A stretch of DNA of 63,178 bases, the filler included, from Folioceros fuciformis (Eukaryota): assembly GCA_049999805.1 (NCBI GenBank). It is 4 parts of 4 records of this genome, joined end to end, with 100 filler letters (N's around TTAATTAATTAA, not from the genome) between each part and the next. Parts side by side here need not be neighbours in the genome. Positions count along the whole stretch, not along the records: positions 21,583 to 50,877 come from JBNGIO010005382.1; 3 more parts are not named here. One strand, 5' to 3'. Shown one piece after another: positions 36,543-50,504 of this stretch (positions within the stretch are counted from its first letter, which is position 1; every line of letters begins with the position of its first letter). A program made the position numbers and the translations under genes. The notes under the pieces were generated by a model. The model saw only the letters and a list, made by a program, of their open reading frames with translations. It did no database searches and was not told the DNA's origin.

Positions 36543-39284
36543 TCACCGCAAGCCTCTTTGGAGATCCCGACCTCGCTGCAAGATGCCGTCTACGTCGGCG
36601 CTTGTCAAGGTTTTTCTGAACTTGCGAGAATCAAGTTCCACTTCGGCAAAGAAGACGGCGCTGACTGGGCGATGGTCAGAAAGTCTGGACTCCGCGCGCA
36701 CGTAGGACAACAGTCTCAGACCTTTTCCATACCAAAGAATCCTATCACACCTGCGAGAGCACCGAGGTGAGAGAGCGGGCACCAATGGCGTGAGGAGGAA
36801 AGGAGACTGGGATCGAGAGTCTACCAGGCAGGTGCACGCTGCTTCTCTCCTGGCTTTTGAACCTCCCCGAAGTATTGGTCCGAATCCATGACATACTTGT
36901 AGGTGGGAGCGAAGTGGATGACGCCTTCTCGCCACCCATCAAACACACGCCCAGCAGCTTGTTCGAGCTTGAGCTGTCATGAACAAGATAAAGATGGATT
37001 TAGTGAGAACTGTGGGATGAGTTTCTCAGGAGAAGGTGATGGGACGAGGAGCTGTGATCTTACTTGGTCTTTGGTGAGGAGGCTGTCCCATTGCTCCCGG
37101 GCTACCAGCTTCCTCGTCTCAGAATGCGACGAAGTTAGGCGGTAGTTTAAGTCTCCCAACCATATAATACGACTGTGATGTGCAGAGGAAGGACAGTAGA
37201 TCAGTTAGCACATGAGATAGGCGGGCCCATAGCACTGCAAGATGACGATGGACATTGAGCTGGTACTCACTCGTGGGCCAAAATCGTGTCTGGGAGATCC
37301 TGCCTTATGGACTTTGCAGTCCGAGGAAAATGCGTCCTCTTCAGGATCTCTGCAACATCGGAGTTCCTGCGCAGTTCATCCCCTTCCTTGTTCCCAGACG
37401 TGAGGTGGGAGCAGATGAAGCAGAAGCTTGTTTGATGCAATGACATACTGATGGACACAGAACCCTGCGACAGAAGGGGTGGTGGAGGAATGTAAGTTCT
37501 TGGAAGGATAGCACATTTGTGAGACAGTAGGTGACGAGTGGCTTAGACAGTCGTACCTTATTGCCGAGGTAACCCATGAGACCAAGTCCCACGCTGGACA
37601 CCTTGATGTTGTGGACGTAGCGTCGCAGGCTTGTTCGAACCCAAACGGAGATGAAGATACCAACCATCTGTTTGCTAGCAACGCGGGAGTATCCTTGCCG
37701 CAGGTAAGTAGACTTCGTAGCAGAGGCTCCTCTAGAAAGCAGTGGTGAGGAGACGGGAGACACCAAAGTCTCTTCTGTGGTGTACACGTTCTCATCTCTT
37801 GCTGACACAGTCCTCGTCACCTTGTTACTGCCCAGATCTACAGAGTCGGCTGGCATCCTGAACGAGGACCAAGTACGAGAGTACTCCCTGCTCTTCCGTT
37901 GGGAGTTCACCTCCTCCTTTTGTGTCTCATGGTTCCTCCTACTCTCGGGACCCAGATTTCTGTTGCCTTCAGACTCCAGCAAGGCCGAGGACTCATCGTT
38001 GTGCACAGCACCCTCAACGATAGACTGCAGCCGAGCCACCACGTCCGTTAAATCAGTCCTGGTCGGGGAAGCAGGGGTGCTGTAGCTCTTCGGTTTACTT
38101 GGGGAGAATTTTTTATTAAGAGACTGGCGAATCAAGGCATCCCACATCACTGCCGGCCCATCGTCTTCCGCACCCAAGACATTACCGGCGTTCAGGGGAA
38201 CCACTTCCTGGAACCTGCCAAGGAGAGAAATTCTACTCAGTGGACACTCCCATCACGGAACCTTGAATCAACGACACAGTTGGATGGACAGGGGAAACGT
38301 GGACCAACCCGAGGACGTAGATATCTGCGAGTTCAGATGTATCCAACCACTCCTCAATCTCCAAACCATCCGGAGGCAGTTTGCCAGCAACATTCCAGGT
38401 CCCAACTGCCACCCTGTTTCAACCAACATACGCAACCACACATCCCAGGTGAGTCATGGCGTCGGCAATCACATCCCATAAAGAAGCAATAGAGGATTGC
38501 TCATGACCTGTATTCCTGGCTCCGGAGCATATCCGAGGTGATGGGCTCCGACTGCCATCGATGCAATCCATTGTTTTGAGGCCTTACCAATTTTTCTGCC
38601 ATCCAGAAGCGGAAACAAGGTTACACCTCAGCAGATAGCGACACCTACAGGCCGCATCCATCCGTGCGATAGCCCCTACATCGCAAGCAGGCGGCACAAG
38701 AGGGCTCACCTGGGGTAGTTTCCTCAAGAATTGACAGATCGCTTGTCGCTCTGACCAAACTTTGGTCCACATCAGGGCACTCAAAGTAGTCGTCTGGAGC
38801 AGGGCCAGCCAATGTCAGATCCATTGAAAGCCAAGAGGGAAGCAAAGTAGAAGCTGGGTCGTGACCAAACAGCTGCAGACGCTGCGCACCTTTTTCATCC
38901 TCGTCACTCTCATCCCCTTCCTCCGGGCCATCGGCATTGAACTCGTCCCCGGACGACCTAATGTTCAGCCATTTCCTCACCACCTGCCTAGCCCAGAAGA
39001 ACTGGAAGAATTGACCAGGTAAGCAGTGGAAGCATTGACACCCGGCCAAATCGGATTCATGCCAACAGCTACTCTGACACAACTGCACAGCAGACCAGAT
39101 TGCGCAATTGTTGTAAGAATGGACAACAAGGCCGCGAGTGACCAGCCTTTCCCGGATTCTCAACCAAACAATCCGCACTAAGGACAAACGGAAGGGTTTC
39201 AGGAACATGATGGATCATCTCTACTCTTATCAAGACCCGGAATCACCACCGCCCCCTTACCTCAGATCTCCGCGTGGCAACCAT
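36543..39284 (-). CDS. Type I inositol polyphosphate 5-phosphatase (CVP2/IP5P-like), multi-exon
   Basis: Exon 1 MVATRRSE (39284-39261), then [87 protein letters not shown]. Confidence 0.92.
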
Positions 39285-42200
39285 TCGCATATTCAGCAGC
39301 AGCACATACGGAAACGCGTTCTGGAGCAGCTGTCTGCGTCACCGAGAGCAGCAGCAAAAAGACATCCTCAGTACCGTTCCCACACCTCACACCACAAACC
39401 CAGCGAGCACAAACCAACGCCACCTGCCTGGAACAAGCGGGCAAGCTCCTAGCCTTGTTGCTCAAGGAACAAAGGGTCCGCAACAAATTCTCCGGCGTTT
39501 GCATTGGACCCAGGCCCACGCTCCCTCAGAGCGTGTCCCTCCCCGGCAACCGACCTCCCAGCACAACTCCCTCTCAGATGCTTTCTCCACAGAGCAGACA
39601 GCATCGGCCTTCAAGCTCCAAGAGCAGGAGAAGCATATACCCACAAGCCTCAGAACGAGGAGGCTGCTGACGCCAAAACCCAGCTCCTTGCCAGCCCCGG
39701 TGCCAGTACCGGGGACACCCTCAGTCGTCCTACTCACAAGCTCAGTCCCTCACTCAAACTCTGGCAAATGGAAATCCAGCCCTACCCGACAACGACACCT
39801 TCCAAAACGCTCGTCGACCGAGCTCCGGCCATCGCCATCGTCATGGCCAGAATGCCACACCACACCCGGGCTCCACCTCAGCTGGGCCTGGGAATAACGT
39901 CCGCAGTCCCAATCCCAATTCTCCCACCCACGACGTTCACCGTCGATCCGGCCCCCCACTCCCCATGTCACAATCGCTGCATTCCCCCGCATCCAGGCCC
40001 CGGTAGCAAAAACCCACCAGCCATCTCCGCCAAATTCTATCGCCCGCAACACCAGAATCGCACTCCAACTCGCACCCGGAAAGCACCGCCAGCGCCCTCC
40101 GAATTGGACAAATGCCTGGCGCACGAATCCCTTTGCTGCGATCAAACACCAAGCTCGTCGGCGAGAACAGCGTGCCCGGGAGCCCGGCTCGCAGGACGCA
40201 CATCAGCGAGAGGAAAACACGGCACGCTCAGTAAAGTAAGCAAGGCCGCCTTGGCGCAGTTGCTCAACACTCTCCGCATATCAAGCCGGGGCTCGAACCC
40301 GGGTCAGCACTCCTCCACATACACGCCTGGCAAACCCATTTACCGACACGTCCAAACCCCGTTTTCTCTCGCGCCATCACGTATGTAATCAGAATTGGGC
40401 CCTGCCGCGGCGGATCTAGGGTTGGGACTGGTCCGGTCTCGCCACGAGGCGGCCTCCGACCCCGCCGCGCGGCCCGCGTCCGCCTCGGTGCTCTGGCTCG
40501 GGGATTGGCAGATTGCGGCGCTCGCCATGTGCCCTCCTGCGCAAAACCGGTACATGCTGCCGATTTCCAGGAATTTTTGACCCATCGCGGCGTGCGTCGC
40601 TGCCACCCCTCTCCTCTCTGGCTATGTACTGTACATGTGTAAATACTGCATGTCCAGTACACACTTCCCGTATACTCCATCGCTGCCTGTACGCCACGCA
40701 CAAACACAAGCACAAGCACAGGCACAAGCTCGATTGTCTGGCTTTTAGTGGACACCGTAAATGTCTGCCTTCACCCTGGAAGTGTGATTATTGGCTTCAC
40801 ACAAGACGACACCATGGTCCTTACCTCGCACATGATGGAATGCAACGCAACACAACACAACGCAAGGCTGACAAAATGGAAGAGGAAGATCTGTAAATGC
40901 AAGGCCAATAGCAACAGAGGATGGAAGAAGATCGAAACGAAGTGGTATGATGACGGATATCACTAGCCCAGGCATCTCTGTGCTAGGCAAAATGAATACT
41001 TGTTTGGTGATGGGGAAAGGGGTACAGGTGGAGACAGTACCTACATGTGTACACATATCTCGATTTGTGAGCCTTGTGCGACATGAACGCAGCCATGGGT
41101 TTGTGGAGTGGGGGCCTAGTCCACGTCCCGCGGTGGCGACCTATCGTTTACTGTAGGTATCAGGAAGCTTTACAGATTTTGGAGCGAAAGGTGGAGGTGG
41201 AGGGAAGGAAGAGGGACTTTGTTGCAGGGATGGCAGGCCAATGAGAGAACGGAGAGTTTAGTTTGTCTACGGTCCACTGGTGGGTGCCAGGCCTGATGAG
41301 AGTCCAGGGACAGGCGCATGCAGTGCTGGGGCCAACAGGAAGCAAATACGGAATTCCCCAGTGTACTGCGGAACTGTGCTCCTGACCCCACAAGTGCCAA
41401 GATTGCAACAGCCCAGGTGGAGGTGACGTATAGTAAATTGTAGGATGTACTGTACCGTCCATACCTGTGAACAGGACACACACATGGCTGGCTGGTGTGC
41501 ATTCAATGCAAGCCCAGCCGCGCACCGGCACCGGCCTTCGAGCGACTTGGACGCGCTTTGTCCCCCCCCCTAAAAATGCTTCACCATGTGATTGGCGCAC
41601 TCCCGGACTCTCGCGGATTCATCCGCATGCTTCCTGCCAGTTTGACCGCCGAGCGCAGCGCTGGCCTGCCCATCCCATCCCAGCCCTGCCCTCCCCTGCC
41701 GTCTCCGTTATTCTTGCACCGACTCATGGCCGGAGTGTGGCATGGGCAGATCTCGAGCACAGCACGGTTCGGGTGACAACAGTTACTTACGTGCGGATGA
41801 AGTGCTGACGAGTCGTCGAGGCTTGCCCTAAACAAGGGACGACGCGCTTTGGCCGTCTCTTGCGTCGTCCCGCGCTGTGATCCTGTCAGCTGCACTGGTG
41901 AGAGTGGAGGGAGATTCGGCTGTTCTGCCCGTGTCGTATCGCATCACCTTGCCGCCTCTTCCCTCCTGCTTATCCTGGATGGCTAAGAGGTGGATGCACA
42001 ATCAAAGATGTGATGAGAAGAATCATGGCACACTTTGCGTTGCCTGCAGATTGCAGACAGGCAACTGTACGAGCGTGCAGGTAGGGCTAGGGCCATCTGG
42101 CGACTGAAAGGGGATGAGTGTTCTGGCGGCCAGTCCCTTTCGGAATGCGGAAAAGGGTGTTGCGTTCTGGAAAGGGACTTTGCCGGATGGGGGCTGCGGC

Positions 42201-43005
42201 CTGCGGGCCACCTACCAGGGAGGGAACCTTGACCCCGCCGTAGCAGTAGGAGGCAGCCATCGTCGCTCCCATCACCAACTCGTAGCTGCACAGGCTCGCC
42301 CTTTAGGTCCTGTGGAAGTCCTGTGCGTGGGTCTCACTGCTTGTACATATGTACCCTGGTGCCTTGTGTGTTAGTATTCTCGGATTTCGATGCTGCGGGC
42401 TACGGATCCTGGCATTTAATCGGAGTTGATCACTTTAACTGCAGCTCTGGGGTCAGATGACGGTCCAACTGGCCTCCGATGTCGGTCCGCTCACAGCGGG
42501 ATCACATCAGTCGAGGAAGAGCAAAGCGGAGGAGTCAGACTGCTGCGGTGTCGAGTTTCGAAGCTCCTGGCTCTGCGTGTTGGAGGGTACATACCATTGT
42601 TGATAAGGCCGCAGCTGAGATTGTGTGACGCTAAGAGCTTGTCCTGCAACTCGCCCACGAATGTGTGTACACACAAGATTCCTCGACTTCCTGGTTTTTT
42701 GCACCAAACAGCAACTCTAACGCTCAGAATATATTCCAGGCGCCCGGCAGATCTTGTCCTTTACTGCCAGACGAGAGGGAACTACGCCTTCAACCCTCTA
42801 CCATAATTCACTACAGCAGCTGCGCGGCGCTCCAAGAGATCGATCCAGACGGTGGACAGGCACCCGTGTCGACTGAGTAGCTGCGTGGTCTGACCCATGT
42901 CCCCACGTCCCACAGCAACTAAATATCTACCCAACCCCGTAACAGATTTAAATGTACCCTGCACACTCATGCCACTACCATGATGACTTCAAGAATCCCC
43001 TCTCA

Positions 43006-46000
43006 TTATGCTACCAAGTGACTTCTGGATACGTAGTTCATGAGGTGTTCCAAAGCTCGTCCACTGTCGACGGCTTCCTGAGCTCTCGCAATGGCTGTTG
43101 TGATGTTGGCAGCTCCCTTGCACTGCAATAAGTGGTCTGCCATGGCCGCATTGAAGACTATACGATCATACGCAGGGCCCTTTTCGCCTTTCAACGCATC
43201 CAGTCCCAGTTCCACGTTCTTCACTACCTGCGTTGGGGAGCGCACCAGTTAACTACCTTTTATGTCTGACGCACTCATCCAGATTAACGCGTGCAAGCCA
43301 AGGTGTCGCCCTCTTCTAACAAGCTGGGAGCAAGAGCATTACCGATTTATCAACCCTTGGTGTTGGTGTCGGCTGGAAACCGTAGTCTTGTGCATGAAGC
43401 CCGACGGCAAAGGTCTCCCGTAGAACGCCTGAAGAATGAGACAAGTTTCAGTTATTCAAATATCTGGTGCCATTTTGCCGCAGCATCACACGGACCACAC
43501 AGTACCATCCAAGTCTTCCTTCATGTTTGGATCAGTGGAGGGCCTGAAGCCAGCACAGAAGTTCACTGGCCGACCCTTGATGCCAGCATCTGGAGAGCGC
43601 CCCTTTGTTGTCAATGACACACCACCCTCTTCTCCCTGAATTCAGAAGTCAAGTCAATGGTATCGCTTAAAATGACACTCTGACAAGGTTGTCAACTAAG
43701 CAATCGCCTAACCTTTATGACGAGACCAGCATCAACTCCTCTTCGTCGGATAAGCATAAGCAAAGGTTCCTCGTATCCTTCATGATAAAACCCAGCCATG
43801 ATTGCCTCTCGATCAACACCCTACACCATCATCCGTTGTAGGCCAGTCATTAGTATGTCCCGCGAGTTTCAGAAACTCCATACGCCCCATTAACGGAACA
43901 AAGGTAAACTCACCCGGATAAACTGCTGGACTTTCTCTGTAGTTGCGATGGGTGGTCTCTTCTTTATATGAAGTCGCAAGTCACGCAGAGAGTATCTACA
44001 AGGCAAATGTTAAAATGCGTGCAAGATCTTAAAATGCCCGCATCAGTAAGTATCCACAGGTTCAAATACAGACGACTACCATAAAGCAAGAATCAACAGA
44101 ACTGGAAAATGATACAACGCCTATGCTAAGTGCCCAGGCTCGTATTAGCCATGTTGCACAAAACAGAAAGAGAAAGAGAAAGAGACTCACAGAGATGGTC
44201 GAACCTCTCTTTGGCTCAAGAATGCAAACCCTACTCCCCTATCCTGGTTAGGGTGATACAAAGGCATGAGCTTCTCACACAATTCTGTCCATTCTCAACT
44301 GCCCACGAGAATTGAAAGAGATCTCCACCTCAAGAAGTCTAACGGCCGCTTCAGGATCGAGGGTTGTGGCAGCTCCCAAGTGCTTCAGAATCTGTTCTTC
44401 TGTGACACCACTCTGTGGATAGAACAACCCTATGAATATAGTACTCTGTGGGCAGTACTTTCGTGCAACAGAAAGATGAATCACTTCAGCCAACCTTAGG
44501 AGGCATCCAATCTACTCCGTGTAGGACACAGGCTTCTCCATAACTGGCTCGAACAGCAGCAACAAACAGAGTGCTCCGGAAAAAGCGAGTGTTTCCATCG
44601 TAGGGCTCACCATAGTGAGTCAAGGAGTGGACATTTGCTATGGGCAAGGTCCCTGGGAGCGAAAACCCAAATGTCAGTAGACAGACGGACAGAGAACGTC
44701 ATCAGCAGCAACCATGTCACACACGTCACCTCACATTCTAATTACAAGCCCCCGTATACGAGCCAGTCCATAGTCAATAAAAAAGGATGCCTTCAGCTTG
44801 TGCAGATAATCTGCAAAGCACCGCGGGCTGCTCTGAGCACTTTCCACCCACGACGACTGTATACAGCACTTACCAAGTTCGTCATCAAATGCCATGCAGT
44901 ACGCCTTCAGCTCTCTCTCAGTCTCTGTGTTCATGCGCTGCGCTATTAAAAACGCAGCCACGAGAGAATCACGGACGTTTCCCTCACAACCCCTCATAGG
45001 TAAGATGTCTCGCAATAAACCGACAACCTCCTCAAATCCAAGATGACCACCAGCAAGGACCTCTCTCAAGGCACCCACCAGCCTCATTTCTGGACCTCCA
45101 TTGCCTGTGAAAGTGGGTCCAACAGCTGGCAGGCCGCCGAAGATCGCACCCTCAGGATCGGCTAGAAAAAGGATATCAGCTGGCAGGATTTGGCACAGCA
45201 TGGGCCACATCTCCGTGAGGGCTTTTCTTTCGCCATCGCTCCACTGTGTAGAAGGAGGGAAGGTTGTTCTAAGTGTCATGGCTCCGAAAAAGGCACCCAG
45301 CTGAGCTGCTGAAACTTTCTCCGATTCATCAAGCTCCCCATTCACTGCACACAAACACACCAGCATGCCACGAAGAGGTGTGATTGAATTCCTTGTACAA
45401 CGTGAAGAAATCCAGATGCAAAACAGGAAGACAACCAGTCCTTCTTCCAGTTCCCAAAACAACACCAGGAAAGTGCGGCTGCCCCAAGCAAAGTCAGACA
45501 CGAGAAGCCTCTTGCAACACCCACTGGACCACCTTCCCTGACAAAGAACCAAACGGACATATCATCTAACACCTGCTGTCACAGCAGACATTCACCTGAA
45601 CGTACAATGGTAAGAAGAACATTCCGTGCACTTTCCTCCGTGAGTGGCCTGGTCTGTTTGGGGCCGGTGCACACTCGTGCTTGTGCTTCCAGAACCACCG
45701 CATTCGGGCCAACATGGTCTTGCAAGAAAGCGCGTTCCACTTGCTTCCCGTCCATGACAGCAGCACTCACAATGCTCACCCGCCTCCTCCTCATTTGTGC
45801 GAACTCCTCAGCCGGATGTATACCGGGAAGCCTTTTACAGGCACTGTCACCATGATCGCCCCAAATCAGTGACCCGTCCATTCCACATGAAGCAATTTCT
45901 TCACGCCTTGCCCATCTGCTCCCAAACCTGATACCCGAGCTCGCAGTAAGAGAATTCCTGCCTGCCGCCACCCTAGTGTGCTCCGTTACATTCCCAGTGC

Positions 46001-46100
46001 CGCGGGTGAGCAATCCTGTTGCACCTGCCCCGGCCGAAGAACCTAACCCTGAGCGATAAGTACAGGCCCCTAAAGCCTCAAATGACGCCGCCACTGCCAT
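43006..46100 (-). CDS. Plastid anthranilate phosphoribosyltransferase-like protein (glycosyltransferase family 3), multi-exon
   Basis: EAQARVCTGP.QTRPL.EE; VSAAQLGAFFGAMT.R; MRLVGALREVLAGGHL; HYGEPYDGNTRFFRST; HIKKRPP.ATTEK; GFYHEGYEEPLLML; GEKGPAYDRIV.NA. Confidence 0.88.
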
Positions 46101-48357
46101 TCACCTGTCCGCAGTTCTGTTTAGCTGGAGTCGCACAAGGTGTCCTGTCAGCGTGATCTGGACCGGCTCTGCGCACGACGAGGAGCTGGCAGACAAAGAG
46201 CTAGAACTGGCAGCGGTGTCGAATTGGATTGGCTGTGAATTGAGTTGGATTGGCTGCAGGCTGCTGCGTTGTAGGCTCAGAAGGGAAACCCGTGCGGGCG
46301 TCCCAATGTGAGCACTTCCCTCCTGCTCCAGGCTCCGCGGCCAGCTGCTTTGCTCAAATCTCGTGTCCGAAGGATCACACAGTGAGCATTGGTTCCACAG
46401 TCCAGCTCCGGCCGATGGAAACGTGCGACGTGCTGATGTTACTTCCTAGAAACTCTCACAAGCTGATAGTATATTACACTACTTTGTAGAATGATTCGCA
46501 TCAGTGTTGTCTTTTCACTAGAACTAGATAGAGGTACACGGCTCAGGCTGGTTTGCACAAGAAATGTTTCATGTGTCAGGACTGGTATTTTGTGGGTGCT
46601 TTTCTCCATCTTTTTCCTCTCCGTCTTCAACATCTCCATTCTCGGGCTGATAGGTTTCCAGGAGCCCGAGACCTTTCCGTGGGTACGAATTCCGTACCCC
46701 ACACTTTCCAAGTTTGTCTCCCGCTGTCTGTGTTGCTACCATCCACGATGATAGGAGAAACCGGGATATGTGGCGTGACCTCCTTGTGGGGACAACGAAG
46801 TTTTGAATCGATGTACTGGAATGGGAGCTATCCAGACAGAACTGGAGTTTCGGTGGGGGACTTGAACGCCGCCTGCCAGTCACTTATCTCCTGCTCGCCA
46901 TTAGCCACCTGACAAGGTTCAGACACAAAGCCTCCTCAATGGATGTAGCTTGTCTTCATGAGCTTTACTTTTGCTGAAGATGAGATGCAGCAGTTCTGTC
47001 TCAGGCTCCAAAGTGTGCACCGAATGGTATATCACTACCTCAAACAGCAGACCATCTTGTGGTGGAGCGTCGAGAGCTCTGCGCAGACCTTGGCAGCATA
47101 TTCTCTGCTATGCTGCTCCTGACTTAACCACAGTGAGATGCACCGACCTGACATTCAACGAGGATACAATCACATCAGATGTTCGGCAACTCCTGTAATG
47201 AAATGTTGATGTTTCCATACAACACATGACAGGAAGGTATCCACCTTTGACGGAAAAATAATGGCTTTAACTCCTCGCAAAACATCCTTCGAGCTCAGTT
47301 TGTCGTTTACATCTCCAATCACGGGCTGTTGCACGGAGAGATGTCACCTCCATGTCAAAGACTAACCCACGCTCAAGCACTGGACAAGGATTGGCATTTG
47401 TGTACCTACCTCAACAAAAGAGCCAAGAGCAAGGAGCAATTGTAGCTGATCTCACATCTTTTACAAGAGCCCTTACACTGGCACGTTTGAGTATGAACGA
47501 TTGCACGATCAACTGTTTACAGACAAGCGAACCGATGTAAGTACAAGGCAAGTACTCCAGGCTTCACCATGTTTTGATGCGACCATCTATACCTGGCCAG
47601 CACCGCTGTCAGCATCAGTAACCGACACCGCGTCCTTCTACGCCCTCTACCACCAGCTCATCTGGCTCTGCAACACATCCATTGCTCCTCAGCCATCCCG
47701 AAATTGCAGAACCAATCACAAACAACCCATTGGACTATCCTTACTGTCAGCCATGCTGCATCGTTCAGACGCTCCCCCGTCCTTGGAGAGCTGCTCTGGA
47801 GCTCCCTACCATTTCCTCAACTTCCGACCACCTACGGCCACAGTGATCAGTGCCACCAAAGACAGTCCCACAGAACACTGTAAAGAAAGGGAAATGAGAC
47901 CAGGGACACCTTCACTGTATTCTAAAAGTCCATCACCAAAGGACATCGGAGTCCGTGTCTGGAAGCTCGAACACGCAAGGGAAGGAAGGACGGGAGAGTG
48001 ACAAGGTGGGCACCAGAAGGGGAACCAAAGTAGCATTGAGTCGCAGTTCGTCTGGTGCGCTCAAGATTGCCAAACGCTCGTCAGCAAAATCAGTAGAAAG
48101 AAATGTAGGTAGCACAAGTTCGGATCCGAAAAGATACTGGACAGACACGAAGAGACCATGTAGGCCCGTAAGTCAGTCCCGAACTTCGCAGGCTGGAGGG
48201 CAGCTTCGAAAGCAGTTCCGCTTCTATTGCACGTAGGATCAGGAAACCTGGCCCAATAAAGAAGCGCTAAATGCATTGAGTTCTCGAAACTTCGTTTTCC
48301 GTTCCTTTTCAAGAGGTTCTCGTGCAATCCGCTGTGGTGTTTGTGATCAACCCGGCA

Positions 48358-49516
48358 ATGGCGATGGCTGCCTGTTCCCAGCTGTGCTCGCCTCTACAGG
48401 CGTCGGCAACATCCAGCATTAGTTCGTTCGAGGGGTTGCGGCAGGGTACTCCTGTGCGCATTCAACTGCCTCAGGTTCCATTCCGTAGACGATGCAACGG
48501 CGCGTGCGTCAGAGCCGCCACTGCAGTGGCGCCTAAGGTTAGGCGTCGAGGGCCTCATTCCGCCTGTGCGGCAGTCTTTTGCAGTGTCGGAGGGGTTCTC
48601 ACTTTCTGTTTTGCTCCGTCAGTTCAAAACCTTGAAGCCGCTGGGAGACCGTATCCTGGTGAAGATAGAGACTGTGGAGGAGAAGACGAGCGGCGGAATT
48701 CTTCTCCCTACCGCTGCTCAAACCAAGCCTCAAGGTGGCAAAGTGGTTGCCGTCGGGGAAGGGAAGACCATAGGCGACAAGAAAGTTGCACTCAGCGTCC
48801 AGGTTGGATTCTATTCATTCCCTTCTGCAGCCCTAGCCGCACCAGCATTCCCAGTCAATCTGCTTCTGCTTGCTTCCATCATCCTTAAACCTGTTGGCTG
48901 TAGCTTACGGGGAACAACCCGTGCATCTGCGCAGACCGGTAACTCCATCGTGTACTCGAAGTACGCTGGAACAGAGGTGGAGTTCAACGGCGAAGACCAC
49001 CTCTTGCTGAAGGAAGATGATGTTGTCGGGCTTCTGCAAACTGACGACATCAAGGATTTGCAGCCTCTGAACGACAGAGTGCTCATCAAGGTGATGTATC
49101 CGCTGAATCTTCACTTTTACAATAATCTTTGTGGTGGAGGGCCGCTCACGCCTCTTCGGATGTCAGATTCAAGAAGCAGAGGACAAAACAGCGGGCGGAG
49201 TGTTGCTCACAGACAGCGCCAAGGAGAAGCCCGTCATTGGGACTGTGAGTAAGCTGAAACCCTATCTAACTGCCCGGTATTGGAATTGTGATGCCGAGCT
49301 GAATTCCATGTGCTTTCTGTTCTGCGTTGTGACTGTGAGCAGGTTGTAGCGACTGGGCCTGGACCTGTTGGTGAAGACGGTGGGCGGAAGCCGTTGCAGA
49401 TCTCCTCTGGCAACACCGTATTGTACTCCAAGTATGCAGGAAACGACTTCAAAGGCAAGGATGGGATCCAATACGTTGTCCTGAGGGCTTCAGATGTCCT
49501 CGCAGTGCTGAGTTAG
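48358..49516 (+). CDS. CPN20: Chloroplast 20-kDa co-chaperonin (tandem GroES domains), multi-exon
   Basis: Transit peptide; LKPLGDRILVKI...EEKTSGGILLP; YSKYAGTEVEFNG; LQPLNDRVLIK; EDKTAGGVLLT; YSKYAGNDFKG; VLRASDVLAVLS*. Confidence 0.96.
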
Positions 49517-50504
49517 ACAGAACATTTTTGGCATACAAATGTGATGTAACATGAGAGGCCCTTTCAAGCAAAGGGGGTTTTGCGGCTGCCCTGTGTCTCC
49601 CATCTCCTAAGTATTTCGAGTGCAAGGTGCTACTTCAGTTCCCATCCCGGGTTTTTCATACCTTGACGTTTGTATTCGTTGGTTTCCAGCCACCTGCCAG
49701 GCCTGCCAGATTTATACAAGGGTGGCGGTGAGCGCTAGTCCCTTCAGACTTCGCCGTTTTTGTGGCTTTTGTCTCTTCCTCAACTTTGGCATACACAGAT
49801 GGGATTTTTAATCTCAAGTTTTCGATGTTTCCTTTTAATGCCAACCCCTTTCACAATGAAAGGGTGTCCATCGCTGAACAACAGTGCCTACTTGTGCCTT
49901 CACGAAGTCAGGACTCCAATACCGAAACAAGTTAACTCCATCTCAATCTAGAGGAGGCAGCCCAGGCTCATTACTAAGGCTAAGACTCTTTTGGGAGCCA
50001 TAGATTGTGTATCACTATATCATATTAAATAATAGATTAGATTCATATATTTTTGTTTGGAGAAAAACTATTGACATTAGCGAACATAAATTAACATTCA
50101 CCGGTCCGCTTGCACAGAGATACATATCTGGACTGGAACCAACTGCTGGTGTGAAAACTCAGGGGATAAGCAATCTGTGTTGGTGCTGGTGAGAAACCCT
50201 GGGGAGCACGCGGAGCGTGGGGAGCTTGGTAGCTGCAATTCTGGGGGGAAGTGGGCACGTCGTTGGCACCATGAGCTTACTACAGAGCTGCGTGTGCGAC
50301 GAACATTAGAGCTAAGATGAGCTGAGCCCAGTCCAGCCCAGCCCAGCTCAGCCCAGCCCAGCCCAGCCCAGCGGTGTTAGGGTTCCAAATGCAAGTTGGT
50401 GAGGCCAGGGATGGCGCCACCACACCCCGGTGAGGGCATGGAAGAATTGGAGCGAGGCAGGTAGATTGTGGTGCAGCCGTGCCTTCCCTCAGGCTTGTGC
50501 TGGG

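Noticed and set aside
39274-40388. 207-aa and 294-aa plus-strand ORFs
   Set aside because: They are antisense to the IP5P 5' UTR/intron region, Pro/Ser-rich with low complexity, and have no recognisable domain.
41826-41833. Telomerase RNA template (ccctaaac) next to hairpins
   Set aside because: Only 8 nt, with no upstream USE/TATA Pol III promoter or poly-T terminator visible.
41891-41964. miR408 locus (gcctcttccct in a hairpin arm near GTAC motifs)
   Set aside because: Only 11 contiguous nt match the mature miR408 sequence as I recall it (UGCACUGCCUCUUCCCUGGC), and both ends differ.
24463-49516. Metal/redox gene cluster (STAR1, TRXL4, CSD, SOUL, CPN20)
   Set aside because: The genes are interspersed with unrelated housekeeping genes and share no single pathway, so chance is sufficient.
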